DNA of 64,000 nt from Chiloscyllium plagiosum (taxonomy: Eukaryota). Below the pieces are notes generated by a model, which worked only from the letters and a program-made list of their open reading frames with translations, was not told the DNA's origin and did no database searches. Numbering within the stretch: position 1 is the first letter of the stretch; each line of letters begins with the position of its first letter. The stretch is taken from the NCBI RefSeq assembly GCF_004010195.1, contig NC_057719.1, positions 48,930,723 to 48,994,722 of the forward strand, read 5' to 3'. Of this stretch, positions 11,496 to 24,569 are shown one piece after another. The translations under genes were made by a program, and so were the position numbers.

Positions 11496-13917
11496 TTCTA
11501 CATCACTTGCCCTTCACTCCTTCCCAGAACATCTTGACAACAAGAACAGCTACATAAGAGTCCTGGATTAGTGGTGCTGGAAGGGCACAGCAGTTCAGGC
11601 GGCATCCGAGGAGCAGTAAAATCTGCAGTCATTGTTTTTACCTACATCAGAGTCCTACTCATTGACTACAGTTCAGTCTTCAACACTATTATCCCCTCGA
11701 GACTGATTACTAAACTTAGGGATCTCGGACTAAGCCCCACTCTCTGCAACTGGATCCTCAGTTTCCTGACCCACAGGCCACAATCAGTGAAGGCTGGGGA
11801 CAATATTCCATCCTCACTAATACTCAACACTGGAGACCCCCCAGCGGTGCGTACTCAGCCCTCGACTGCACTCACTGTATACCCATGACTGTGTCGCCAA
11901 ATACCAGACTAATGCCATTTACAAGTTCACTGATGATATCATCATAGTCAGTCGAATCTCCGATGGCGATGAAACAGACTATAGACGGGAGGTAGAAGAC
12001 GGTAAGGCATTCAACAAGGGTCCCCATGGGAGACTGATTAGCAAGGTTAGATCTCACGGAATACAAGGAGAACTAGCCATTTGGATACAGAACTGGCTCA
12101 AAGGTAGAAGACAGAGGGTGGTGGTGGAGGGTTGTTTTTCAGACTGGAGGCCTGTGACCAGTGGAGTGCCACAAGGATAGGTGGTGGGTCCTCTATTTTG
12201 TGTCATTTACATAAATGATTTGGATGTGAGCATAAGAGGTACAGTTAGTAAGTTTGCAGATGACACTAAAGTTGGAGGTGTAGTGGACAGAGAAGAGGGT
12301 TACCTAGGATCTTGACCAGATGAGCCAATGGGCTGAGAATTGGTAGATGGAGTTTAATTCAGATAAATGCGAGGTGCTGCATTTTGGGAAAGCAAATCTT
12401 AGCAGGACCTATACACTTGATAGTAAGGTCCTAGGGAGTGTTGCTGAACAAAGAGATCTTGGAGTGCAGGTTCATAGCTCCTTGAAAGTGGGTTGCAGGT
12501 AGATAGGATAGTGAAGGTGCGTTTGGTATGCTTTCTTTTATTGGTCAGAGTATTGAGTACAGGAGTTGGGAGGTCATGTTGCAGGACATTGGTTAGGCCA
12601 CTGTTGGAATATTTCATGCAATTCTGGTCTTCTTCCTATTGGAAAGATGTTGTGAAACTTGAAAGGGTTCAGAAAAGGTTTACAAGGATGTTGCCAGGGT
12701 TGGAGGAGCTGTGCTACAGGGAGAGGCTGAACAGGTTGGGGCTGTTTTCCCTGGAGTGTCGGAGGCTGAGGGGTGACCTTATAGAGGTTTACAAAATTAT
12801 GAGGGGCATGGATAAGATAAATAGACAAGTATTTTCCTTGGGGTGGGGGAGTCCAGAATTAGAGGGAATAGGGTTAGGGTGAGAGGGGAAAGATATAAAA
12901 GAGACCTAAGGAGCAACTTTTTCACACAGAGGGTGATACGTGTATGGAATGAGCTGCCAGGGGAAGTGGTGGAGGCTGGTACAATTGCAACATTTAAAAG
13001 GTATTTGGATGGGTATATGAATAGGAAGGGTTTGGAGGGACATAGGCCAGGTGCTGGCAGGTGGGACTAGCTTGGGTCGGCATGGACGAGTTGGACCGAA
13101 GGGTCTGTTTCTATGCTGTACATCTCTATGACTCTATGACTCTATGACCTGGAAAAATGATACACTGGGAACAACCTAGCTCTCAATGCTGGCAAAACCA
13201 AGGAACCCATTACTTACTTTTGATGAGATGTTACTCACGCCCCTCCGACACATTAACAGCACAGAGATGGAATGAGTGGAGAGTGTCAAGCTCCTGGAGG
13301 TGGTCATCCACAACAAACTTTCATGGACTCTTTATGTGGACGCACTAGTTACAAAGGCCCAACAAGGTCTCTTCTTCCTCAGGCAGCTGAGGAAATTTGG
13401 CATGACGGCAAATACCCTTGCCAACTTTTATAGGTGTGCCATTGAGAGCATTCTATCTGGATGTATCACTACCTGGTATGGCAACTGTACCATTCAAGAT
13501 CGGAGATGTTTACAGAGAGTGGTCAACTCAGCCCGGACAACCACAAAGGCCAATCTCCCATCTATAGAATCCATCTACCAGGCCTGCTGTCAAGGAAAGG
13601 CCACCAGTGTTCTCAAAGATCCACCCCACCCTGGCAATGTTTTCCTACAATCTCTACCATCGGGGAGAAGGTACAGAAGTCTGAACACACGCAGCAGCCA
13701 GTTTCGCAACAGTTTCAACCCTACTGTTGTTAGAATACTGAATGGGCTCACAAACTCTTAACATTCACCTGTACCTGTGTTTTTGTTTTTGCCGCTGTTT
13801 ACCTATTATTTACTTATCTATGCTACTTAACTCTGTGATCTGCCTGTATTGCTCGCAAGATAAAGCTTTTCACTGTGCCTCGGTGCACGTGACAATAAAT
13901 TCAATTTAATTTAATTG
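11496..13917 (+). mobile_element. Rex1/L2-like LINE 3' part, interrupted by CR1 copy B and a 77-bp insert
   Basis: [40 protein letters not shown]; resumes at 13149 with FFLRQLRKFG...FYRCAIESILSGCITTWYG; ends gacaataaa plus AT-rich tail. Confidence 0.88.
12001..13148 (+). mobile_element. CR1 LINE copy B (RT to 3' tail) nested in the Rex1-like element
   Basis: KAFNKVPH, KFADDTK, LVRPLLEY..QFWS, VWNELP; (ctctatga)3 tail. Confidence 0.93.
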
Positions 13918-13945
13918 AAATCGGACTAGATTAGGTTAGGATATC

Positions 13946-15990
13946 TTTTTTTTATTTCAAAAATAGATTTTATTCATAAAATTATTTGGACCTCTATACA
14001 ATTGGTCATGCCATTCTTGTGCACACATTACATTGCTTTACGTACAGACATCGAAATTTATTTTTCCTATATACAAGTCTGTACGTTTACTATCCAGCTC
14101 CTCTGCTGAGGCGTCAGCAGAGCCCAAATAAATGGGTGGGCCCCCTGTTCTTAGGCAGGCAGATGTTACACGGTGGTCTTTCCCCACCGCGCCTTGGCGG
14201 CAGCTGCCCCAAGCTTCAGCGCGTCCCTCAACACGTAGTCCTGGACCTTGGAATGTGCCAGTCTGCAACACTCAGTCAGGGTCAACTCCTTCAGCTGGAA
14301 GATCAACAGGTTTCGGACCCCCCAGAGAGCGTCCTTCACCGGATTGATGATCCTCCAGGCACTGTTGATGTTTGTCTCGGTGTGCGTCCCGGGGAACAGG
14401 CCGTAGAGCACGGAGTCTCGCTTCAGGGCGCTGCTTGGGACAAACCTCGACAAATTCCACTGCATTCCTCTTGACTTCTTCTGCAGAGGCATGTTCCAGA
14501 AGGAGGTGTGTGACAGTCTCGTCCTCCCCCAAGTCACTTCGAGGGCAGCATGTGGTGTGGCAGAGTCTGGGCCTGATAAAGGATCTCACAGGCAGAGCCC
14601 TTCTCACCACCAGCCAAGCCATGTCATGGTGCTTGTTGGAGAGTTCTGGCGGTGAGGCATTATGCCAAATGACTTTGACAGTCTGCTCAGGGAACCGCTC
14701 GATAGGATCCACACTCTCCTTTTCCCGAAGGGTCTCAAGGACACTACGTGCTGACCACTTCCTGATGGACTTGTGGTCAAAGGTGGTTTTCTTCATAAAC
14801 TTCTCCACGAAGGACAGGTGATACGGAACAGTTCAACTACTTGGCAGCGAGGCCAGACCCATCCTTCGCAACACCGGGGACAGATAGTACGTAGAGACAC
14901 TTGGTGTTTGCGTACCGGGGATCCACGCACAGCTTGTTGCAGCAAATCACAAAGGTGACCATCAGGGTGAGGGTAGCACTGGGTGTGTTTGCTCCCCCGT
15001 TGCCCAGATCTTTAAACATCGAGTCACTTCAGACGTGGTCCATCTTTGATCTCCATATAAAATGGAAGATGGCCCGGGTGACCGCAGCGGCACAGGTTCT
15101 GGGAATAGGCCAGACCTGTGCCACGTATAACAGCAATGACAGTGTCTCACACCCCAGGTTTTTTCCCATGCTGGAGAGTGACCATAGCTTCCATCTGCCC
15201 AGTTTTTGCCTCACTTTGCTGATACGCTCCTCCCAAGACTTGGCGCACACCTCAGCCCCTCTGAACCAAATACCCAGCACCTTCAGGTGGTCGGTCCTGA
15301 CGGTGAAGGGGATGAAGGATTGGTCGGCCCAGTTCCCGAAGAGCATGGCCTCAGTCTTGCCTTGGTTTACCTTGGCTCCCAAGGCCCGTTCGAACTGGTC
15401 ACATACCACATCAGTCTGTGCACGGACAGCGGATCTGAGCAGAAAATGGCGACGTCATCCATATACAGGGAGGCCTTAACTTGTAGACCCCCACTGCCAG
15501 GAATAGTCACCCCGCTCAGGCTCGCATCCTTCCTGATGGACTCAGCAAATGGCTCTATGCAGCACACAAACAAGGCAGGAGAGAGAGGTCAACCTGCCTG
15601 ACTCCAGATCTGACTGGGAAGCTATCTGATTCCCACCTATTGATTAAGACTGCACTGACAATGTTGGTGTAGACCAGTCTGATCCAATTGCAGATTCACT
15701 CCCCAAAGCCCATTTTGGAGAGAACACCTCTCATATAGCTGTGTGATATCCTGTCAAAGGCTTTCTCCTGGTCCAGGCTGATGAGGCAGCTGTCCAACCC
15801 CCTGTGCTGCACGTGGACGATCATATCCCTGAGGAGTGGGAGACTCTCAATGATCTTCCTGCCCGGTACAGCACAGGTTTGGTCAGGGTGAATCACCGAC
15901 CCCAGAGTAGACCTGATCCGGTTGGTGATAACCTCTGATAAAATTTTGTAATCCGCACTCAATAGTGAGATTGGTCTCCAATTTCTGATT
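13946..15990 (-). mobile_element. Tx1 (L1 clade) non-LTR retrotransposon, 5'-truncated ORF2
   Basis: DYKILS..HPDQTCAVPGR, SLDQEKAFDRISH, LYMDDVAIF, C-terminal CPR..GEDETVTHLL zinc motif; A-rich tail at 13946. Confidence 0.9.
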
Positions 15991-16436
15991 TAGGATGACT
16001 TGGACAAGTTGGACAGAAGTGTTTGTTTTCATGCTATACATCTCTATGACTTTCTGACTCTAAGTATCACTCCTTAAGAATGTATTTTAATCGAAACAGA
16101 ATTTAAGTGACATGTAATTCCACACTAAAGTCAAAATACCAACAATAAAGCAAACAGGTCTGAACCTGAAAAGGTGTTATGAGCAAAAGATTTAATCTAT
16201 TGAAGAAGGCACCCCGGTATTTTTGTTCTCACTTGGATTATGATAATATGCATTTTAAACTGCCAATCCAGTAGTCATTAAAAAATCTTTTTCAAAAGCT
16301 GCATTTAAAAATTGATCATCCTGAAGATATATTTCTGGATAATAGTGGAATTCAACCCTAATAAAAATGAAAGTTACAAATTTGTCTGAAAGCAAATTGA
16401 TTAGAAGATGAGGGTAAAGCAAATGTCTTCCTCATT

Positions 16437-16622
16437 GTAATAAAAACAGAAAGTTCTGGAGAAGTTCAGTGAGTCTAGCAGTATCTGTGAAGAGAGAAAC
16501 AGAATTAATATTTCAAATGCAGTATGACTGTTATCAGACTCAGAACATGAACTCTGTTTCTCTCTCTCCACAGGTGCTGCCAGATCTGCTGAGTTTTTCC
16601 AATACTTGCTGTTTTATTACAG
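16437..16622. mobile_element. Penelope-derived inverted-repeat (MITE-like) element
   Basis: Arm gtaataaaaacag...ctgtgaagagagaaacag pairs with ctgtttctctct..cacag...ctgttttattac. Confidence 0.65.
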
Positions 16623-16774
16623 GTTTCCACAACCCACAATATTTTGCTTTTATTTCAATGGCCTGGGTGATGGATGGGATGCCAAAGAAATTGAGTACTT
16701 CATTCTAAATGGTATCCACACAAGCAATTGTAAGTGTGTGAGTGATGCCTGAATTACTATTTCAATCATCCATC

Positions 16775-17990
16775 ATACCCAGACTAACCACATGGACACC
16801 TATCATTTGTGGCAAGGCTTACATGGCATAACGGGCTACAAAGTGAAGCCAACCAGAATCACGGGCAACAGTACATCCCCACACAACAAGCTCAATGCAA
16901 TCTACACTCACTTTGAACAGAAGATCAGTGTAATGATGTCACCTATTCCAATAGACTCGGCTGCACTTGTACCCACTGTCACCACCACAAGTGTTAGATT
17001 GGCCTTCTTGAACATTGACCCATGGAAAGCGACTGGCCAGGATGGAGTCCATAGTCATGCACTCAGATCCTGTGTGGACCAGCTGGCAGGAGTATTTAGT
17101 GACATCTTTAACCTTACTATGATCTGAAGTCCCCACCTGTTTCAAGAAGACCATTATCATGCCGGTACCAATGAAAATTCACACATTGTGCCTTAATGAT
17201 TACAGACCGATGGACCTGACCTCCATAATTATGAAGTGCTTCACGAGATTAGTAATGGCTAACATCAACCCCAGCCTACCAAATTACCTTGATCTTTTGC
17301 AATTCACCGACCTGTGCAACTGGTCCACGGCAGACACCATCTTCCTGGCTCTACACTCATCCTTGGAACATCTGGATAACAAGGACACCTACCTCAGGCT
17401 CCTACATATTGACTACAGCTCCACTTTAAACACTATTATTCCAAACAAACTCAGGAGGCTAAGGAAATCTGGCATGTCTACAGGACTCTTATCAATTTCT
17501 ATAGATGTGCCATAGAAAGCACCCTATTTGGATGCATCACAGAATGGTATGGCAACTGCTCTGCCAAAAACCACAAAAAACTACAGAGAGTTGTGAACAC
17601 AGCCTAGTCCATTATGCAAACCAGCCTTCCATCCATTGACTCCATCTGTACTTCCCACTGCATCCCACTACATAATCAAAAACCCCTCCCACCGTGGTTA
17701 TACTCTCTTCCACTCTCTTCGGGCAGAAAGTGTAAAATTTGAATACACATACCAACAGATTCAAAAACAGCTTCTTCCCCGCTACGATTAGACTTCTGCA
17801 CAAACCTGTCATATGTTAATTTTGATCATTCTCTCTGCAATATCTCTGTGGCTGTAACACTATTCTGCACTCTGTTCTACTACCCTGATTAACTTTGTAT
17901 AGTATGATCTGCCTATATAACATGCAAACAACACTTTTCACTGTATCTTGGTATATGTGACAACAATAAATCAAACTCAAACTCATTCAA
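16775..17990 (+). mobile_element. Rex1/L2-like LINE with internal deletion of the RT core
   Basis: KATGQDGV..LRSCVDQLAGVFSDIFN, CLNDYRP..LTSIIMKCF, LLHIDYSSTLNTIIP joined directly to LRRLRK; (caaact)n tail. Confidence 0.85.
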
Positions 17991-19823
17991 ACTCAAATTT
18001 ACATTACAATACTTCCATTTAGAAATATATTCCAAGGGTAGATGTAACAATTTAGATTGTATATCGAATAAAATGATTAGATCCATAAAGTTAAGTCATG
18101 ATATGTTTGCTTCTCTGCTTAATCAGTGAAAAAGATTAACTTAATTCTTGGATTATTGAATTAAGTTAGCTCTTATTCAGGAAAACAAATTCTTTTCGTG
18201 GTGACTTTAATCATCAGTCTGGATTCTTTCCGTAGACTCCTTCTCACCTCTAATTATATGGTTATCTTCTGATTTTGTTAAATCCAGTAAATATCTTCAT
18301 TGTCCTGTAGACAATACTACTTTATAGACTGATACATACAAAATACATCAATAATTAGGCTCCTTAATCTGCACTGTTGGGTAACACGTTAGCTTTTGTC
18401 CCGCTGAGATATTATGCCATGTAATTTATCTTAGAACTTGTGAAACTAGTTACACATATGGCAGGCAACTTCCTTGCCAAATTTTATTAGGGCTAGAATC
18501 TGTAATGTTCAGCACTGAGTCCATTTTCCTTTAATGTTTTATAACACTGAACACAATTTTTACTGGCATGTGTAAAATGATTTGGAACTACAAGGCTCTT
18601 AATGTTTTAACAAGAACTGAATTGTGCATGTTAATAATGCATTGTTTTTTTTCTGGAGTGCAGCAGAATTCAATAACTCTTTAAAAATATTTTCTTTGCA
18701 TGTCTTTATTAAATAAGATAAATGTTTTGACGGATTTACATTTTTCAGATGAGATGGATAGAGTTTATAAAGTCTGCAATTTATTATATTTCTCTTTTGT
18801 TTACATTAATGGACATATTGAAGTGATGATAAGCAAGTGTTATTTTATAAAAATATAAATCAAATGTTGAGTCACATGCAGCAACATTTGGATAAAGAAT
18901 TAAATGTGAATCTTGGTTCATTCCCTCTGAGCTGTGTAGCAACTTCACAGCAGAGACCCGGGCATCAATGAATTTTATCTTATAAATGAGAAAACCAAAC
19001 AATAGGCCTTGCTTGTATAATTCAGAAGACCTAGTGACTTGTAGGCACACTTCTCCCTACAGTGTGTCATTCATGGAATTAAACAATACAATTGTCCATA
19101 TCTTTCTTGGACACCGTAGTGATGATATTGAATTTTAATGCAGAAAGATTAAAGTTGCTCACATACAAAAACTGAAACTAAATGTAATTTATTTACCACT
19201 GAATCACTATTTGATAAAATTAAGCTTTTCAAATTCATAACTAGCATGCAGTTTAGATAATCGTGAATGTCAAAATGATCAGTCAACCTGTCATGTAAAG
19301 GAAGACTCTGACAGAGATTAAGAAATCAAAAACTCCATGCAACACATCATTTCCTAAAGGATCCTTTAAATGTCAAAACAAACTCAAAGAAAGGGGAATT
19401 CAGACCGGTGCCGAATTAACTAAGCGCTTGTTTATTCAGGAAGCTATTAAATGCCAGAAAATGTATTGTGCACAAAGAATATTTAATTACAATTTCTGTA
19501 TCTTAATTTTCTTGTTCCTGAACATATCTATGATGGCAGTGATGTTATCTTCCTGGGAACAACGTCAAAGTTTATTTTAGGCTCAGCTTTAACAAGTTGA
19601 CTGATTCTTTTCTTTCAACTTAGTCATTGCCATTTTTAAAAATTGTTGCCCTTCCATGGAGCTGGCACAAACACAACGGACTGAACAACCTCCTTCTGTG
19701 CTGCAACCATTTCATAAGTCTATGTTTCTAGGATGAACTTATTCCTGCCAGCTCGCGTAATTGTATCTATTATAACTCCAGCAAAGCCAGACAGACTCCT
19801 TTCCACTGGATGTGATATGGAGT

Positions 19824-20198
19824 TTAGATTAGATTAGATTATTTACATTGTGGAAACAGGCCCTTCGGCCCAACAAGTCCACACTGATCCGCCGAAGCAC
19901 ACCCACCCAGACCCATTCCCATACATTTACCCCTACACTAACACTACAGGCAATTTGCATGGCCAATTCACCTAACCTGCACATTTTTGGACTGTGGGAG
20001 AAACCGGAGTACCCGGAGGAAACCCACGCAGACAAGGGGAGAATGTGCAAACTCCACACAGTCAGTCGTCTGAGGCAGGAATTGAACCCGGGTCTCTGGC
20101 TTGTGAGGCAACAGTGCTAACCACTGTGCCACCGTGCCGCCCACTGTGCCACCGTGCCACCCACCCACCGTGCCGCCCACCCACCGTGCCGCCCACGG
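19824..20198 (-). mobile_element. Young HE1-like tRNA SINE with reiterated 5' end
   Basis: Minus strand ggcacagtggttagc (A box), gggttcaattcc (B box), (aatct)n tail. Confidence 0.92.
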
Positions 20199-20319
20199 TG
20201 TCAAGTCTGTCAAGTTAGTTACTCCCCTGCTACACCATTTAATTCTGAGATATGGATACTCCAAAAATGGCAGGTAATGTTTCCAGCCCCACTCCAGCCA
20301 GGTAGGGTATTCGCAAAAG

Positions 20320-20700
20320 CAGTGGTGCAGTGGTAATGTCACTGCATAGTAATCTGGAAGACCCAAGCTTAAACATTGTGGTGAAATCTCACTACAGAAG
20401 CTGGAGGAATTTAAATTCACTTTATAAACCCGGAATTAACAACTTGCCTTTGAAGTACTGACAATGAAACTATCATGATTTGTTGCAAAATCCATTTGGT
20501 TCACCAATGCTCTTCAGGGAAGAAAATCTGCCATGTCCAGTTGGTCTACCCCACCGTTGACTTCAGATCCATAGCAATGTGGTTGACGCTTAACTGCTAT
20601 TGAAAATGGCCCAACAAGTCATTCCGTTCAAGAGCATTTCGGGACGTGCAAAAAATGCTTACTTTGCAGCAACATTCACATCCCATTAAACTATAAAAGG
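20320..20700 (+). mobile_element. Second tRNA-like SINE family, sharing its 3' tail with the LINE at 60.9-62.3 kb
   Basis: ggtgcagtggtaatgtcact head, B-box-like gtgaaatctc, tail similar to 62190-62257. Confidence 0.7.
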
Positions 20701-21599
20701 AAGAGAAAAGATAGATGGTTTAACTTAACTTAGTGCATCAATAGATAAACACACTGCCAATTGTATTTCTCATGAATCAAAGATTTCCTTTGAGTACCTT
20801 TATAATTAAACCTGTCACATATTTTTGGAATTTGAGTATGTTTTCTTTATCTTGTGGTGAAATTTTATGCCCAAATGATTTGTCCATTTTCTATTTAAAG
20901 CTGACATCCTTATCCTAGGATGGATGTTTATAGTTGACAAACATAATTGGAACCTTTTCACTCCACTACACACTAAATTGAAGGATATTATGGGTAATAA
21001 CAATTTTAGATTGTGACATTTTTATTCAAGTGTCAGTTAATATTAAAACAGGAAATACAGGTCTAAACTGTATTTCTAAACTAGTTTCTAAACTGCAGAT
21101 TTATATTTCAGGCTATAAGCAATTTCTACAACTTTAATGGCACAACTCTTTCAAACCGACAAAGTTCTGTCCTCAGAGAGGCCTTTCTTATCTGAAAAGA
21201 TCTTAAATGCAACTGCAGCAAAATTTTGACCATGGTTGGCATTGGTTAGTGAGCTTTCTTCAAATCTTTGTTGAGATTTTATTGTCTATGCATACTCTGA
21301 GTTTTCAGGTTGATTGACCATAATATGTTGCTAACCAAGTGTGTAAAATTTATCACTGTCTCAATTATTCTCTTCTTTCCCAACTTTTCTATCTTGTCTT
21401 TCAGGCCAGACCTAAGGGCAACTAGAAGTCTTCCCAGCAGATGTTGAATTGAATTGAATTATCTACTTCAAACTGATATTTAGAAATATATCTAAGAACA
21501 ATAAAAACATCTTTGGAATCTTCTAGGATCTGTTAACCAGTCAATGATTTAGTGGCTTGCAAAATGCAGCAAATTTCTTCTGGCACATTTAAGGTTTAC

Positions 21600-22480
21600 T
21601 CGTCAAAGCTATAGACTTACTTCAGCTGAGATCAGTGGACTCTGCAATTGTGTTGGGCTTTCAGCTCCGTCAATTGTCCCAATTTCATATGATAGCCTCA
21701 CCCTTACCTTTGTGAGATTCATTTCTGACTTGTTATCTTGAGTGACTTTGCAGAGATCTGCAAAGCTCATGAAGCATCAATGCATATCTGACACTTGCAT
21801 TCACTTGATGCCCTCTTCCAGCAGTGATCACTCTAACAGCCACAAACCATCTATCACTTTTAGACCTGATTACACCAACCTATGTTATGATGTAAAGTGA
21901 GTCATCAGGATCTTTGGCTGACATCTCTCCAGTAGTCCTCTTTAAAGGCATGTTTTTCTTCTCTCCAGCTGAACACCTGCATCTAAAGTCTTTCACTTTC
22001 TGGCACTTTGAGCACTACTTCCCTCATGCTGGACATGCTTTTCTTTCTTTTATGACTTTATGTAATGTCCTTCACAATGTTTACCTTCTGTCCTATAACC
22101 TTGGTCTGGTTTCACTGCAAATTTCTTCTTTTTTTTCGAATTTGCTGCTTCAATTTGGCCTGGACCAGCTCTTAGCATAACATAGTCATCTGTTCTCCCA
22201 TTAATATTCACTAGCTGATTGTTGACTACCTCGGAGCTTGCTTGAGAATATGTTTCTACTCTATCAATGGAGAGTACGTTGGAATGGCAAGATCTCTTAT
22301 ATCTCAGACTATCTTATCTCTGATGAAGCTTTCTTTCAATTGTCCAAGCTCTCAGGAATCAGCTAGATGTATCACTGCAGTGATGTACAAATCAATTGTC
22401 TTACTCTCCCCTTGAGCTCACAGATTGAAAACACACTGTTTATGAGTAACATTAATATGGAGTTCAACATATGTCTTCAA
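21600..22480 (-). mobile_element. Gypsy-like LTR retrotransposon gag relic
   Basis: GQLKESFIRDKIV*DIRD (22345-22290) and zinc-knuckle-like CPA*GK*CSKCQK....C (~22040-21967). Confidence 0.6.
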
Positions 22481-24569
22481 AGCGTATAAAATCTTTGCAG
22501 TCTGGTTTTTCTTCTCCTCAAAGATTCGAGGTTGTAATACGAATTATAGCATTCTTTCTCCAGCCCTGATTGTAGGGTTATTACTCTTATTTATTTCAGT
22601 TCTTTTAATTAATTCTGTAGTTAGTTCTTGAATTTGCCACTGAGAGTGGAAAAAATTATAATTCTGGCTCATATCTTCTGTCCTTTTCAAATTAGCAGGG
22701 AATAGAAAATGCACAGCCATTTTGATGCATCCAGTAATTCAAAAGTTACTGACTTTTTTCTTTACTTCATTCTTGTTGTTGCTGTCAGAAGTTGACTCCC
22801 TTACAGCTTGAATAGCCCATACAATTTTAGCTATGCCACTCTGAAACTGTAAGTGAAGATTTTTAAATAGGTGTCACAAGACTATAGAAGTAGATGTCAC
22901 ATGACTGTGCAAAGTTCTCCAGTGCACTACGTGCAATTGCATTTCTCCAAATAACAATCATTACTGATATTCTGGTTAAATATATATTGCATTTACTTTT
23001 GAAAGAAATTGAATGTAGAATGTTAGACATTTTACTTTTACTCTACTTTTAAAATTGTAGAATAGTGGAAGTCTTGATCTGGAATTACATAGTTTTAAAA
23101 AAAAGCTCCCAGCATGCCTATCATTGTCTGTGTCTGGCCTGGTCAAACATTATAGGTTTTAACTCTAACACCCTGCTATCTGACAACTTTCAGCTTTTAG
23201 TTATAACGATGTGAATGCTATTTTGTATTAAGACCAAATTGCTTTGTTTTAAAATTTACATATGAACAAAATTACTTTAGGAAAAGCTATTATTTAGTAT
23301 GTAATTATTTTTAAAAATGTTTTAGCCCATTATTTGATTAATAATATTTTGATAATAAATCGTTGTACAGATTTAATTATCAAACTGATTATGAATAGCC
23401 TCAGCTGGTCTAAGACATTTTATGTTTCCTCCTGCATATTTTGAAGTTCACTTTCACTTGCTATGAGTCTAATATAAATTAGGTACACTTGCAAAGCTTC
23501 TGTCATCTTTTATTATAATGGCATTGCAAGAATCTTAGCTGAGTGTTATGAAGACTGAGGAGCCTGTACCGATTTTTTCTGGTGCAGGCTACATGCAAAC
23601 TTTGTGCCGTGACCTATTTACATAATAGTTGCAGGCAGTCCAACACTAAACGTACTGCTTTATGGCTGTATGCCTCATTATTGTGCTCAGTTTTGTGTGA
23701 GGATACCACTATATAAACTAAGCCTTAAAGGGGAGCTTCAGTCTGGGTTGGAGCAGATCGTGGTAGGGACTTGGGAGAGTGGTAGATATAGAAGAATCGT
23801 GACTTATGGCAGAACAACGTAGAAAGTATATCCTAAGGTTCATAGATACAATACTTGTCAACTTGGATGCAGAAGTTGAATAGGAGGAAAACGTTTATGT
23901 ATTCACAGGAGATCACAACTTCCAGATGAACTTTCAGGAGACAATGGAAACATATACCTAACACTGTCAATGTATGCAACATAACACAAAGAACATGGAT
24001 GTAGTGACAGAAGAACTTCAACAACCTGACACAAGTAGCCAAGGTTGGTGAATTCATCTTCAAATGGCATATTCTACCATCTGCACCATTATCGTCAGGT
24101 GACCCACACCTCTATCAATCACTTACTGGCAATCACAATCAATCAAACTTAGAACTCTCATTCAAATCATCATCTCACTCTCTCACACTAAGCACAGACT
24201 CGCATCGATATTTCCTAGCTTACATTTCTGCCTATTGATGCAACTGCAGCCAAATGATGCAAACCATATTCCTTTATAGACTGCTCTTATACGACAAAAT
24301 ACCAATTAACTATTACCAGCAACACCTAATTGACGAGGTGGACATAGATACATGGTCTTACCTCAATGGAGGAGATAGTGTTCATCATCATTGGAGGGGC
24401 CATAACAGAGGTTGGCCAGTGACACAGTGGAAACTATTGAAGATAACTATCTGCTCTTACTCAATCCTCCTTCTCTCTTCGCAATTCCCTATCATTGCAC
24501 AAACCCTTCTAATTTACAATTTGGAGGTGAATTAATGGCATACCACCAAGGCCTGGTCTCCACTTCCAG

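Noticed and set aside
13986..15601. Several plus-strand ORFs of 130-190 aa
   Set aside because: Antisense to Tx1 ORF2
21385..21505. Acceptor-like site followed by AATAAA, a possible last exon of a neighbouring gene such as tmem260
   Set aside because: All frames are short and I see no recognisable similarity
23750..24560. Coding-looking stretch upstream of the Penelope fragment
   Set aside because: No motif I can assign; possibly an unclassified TE
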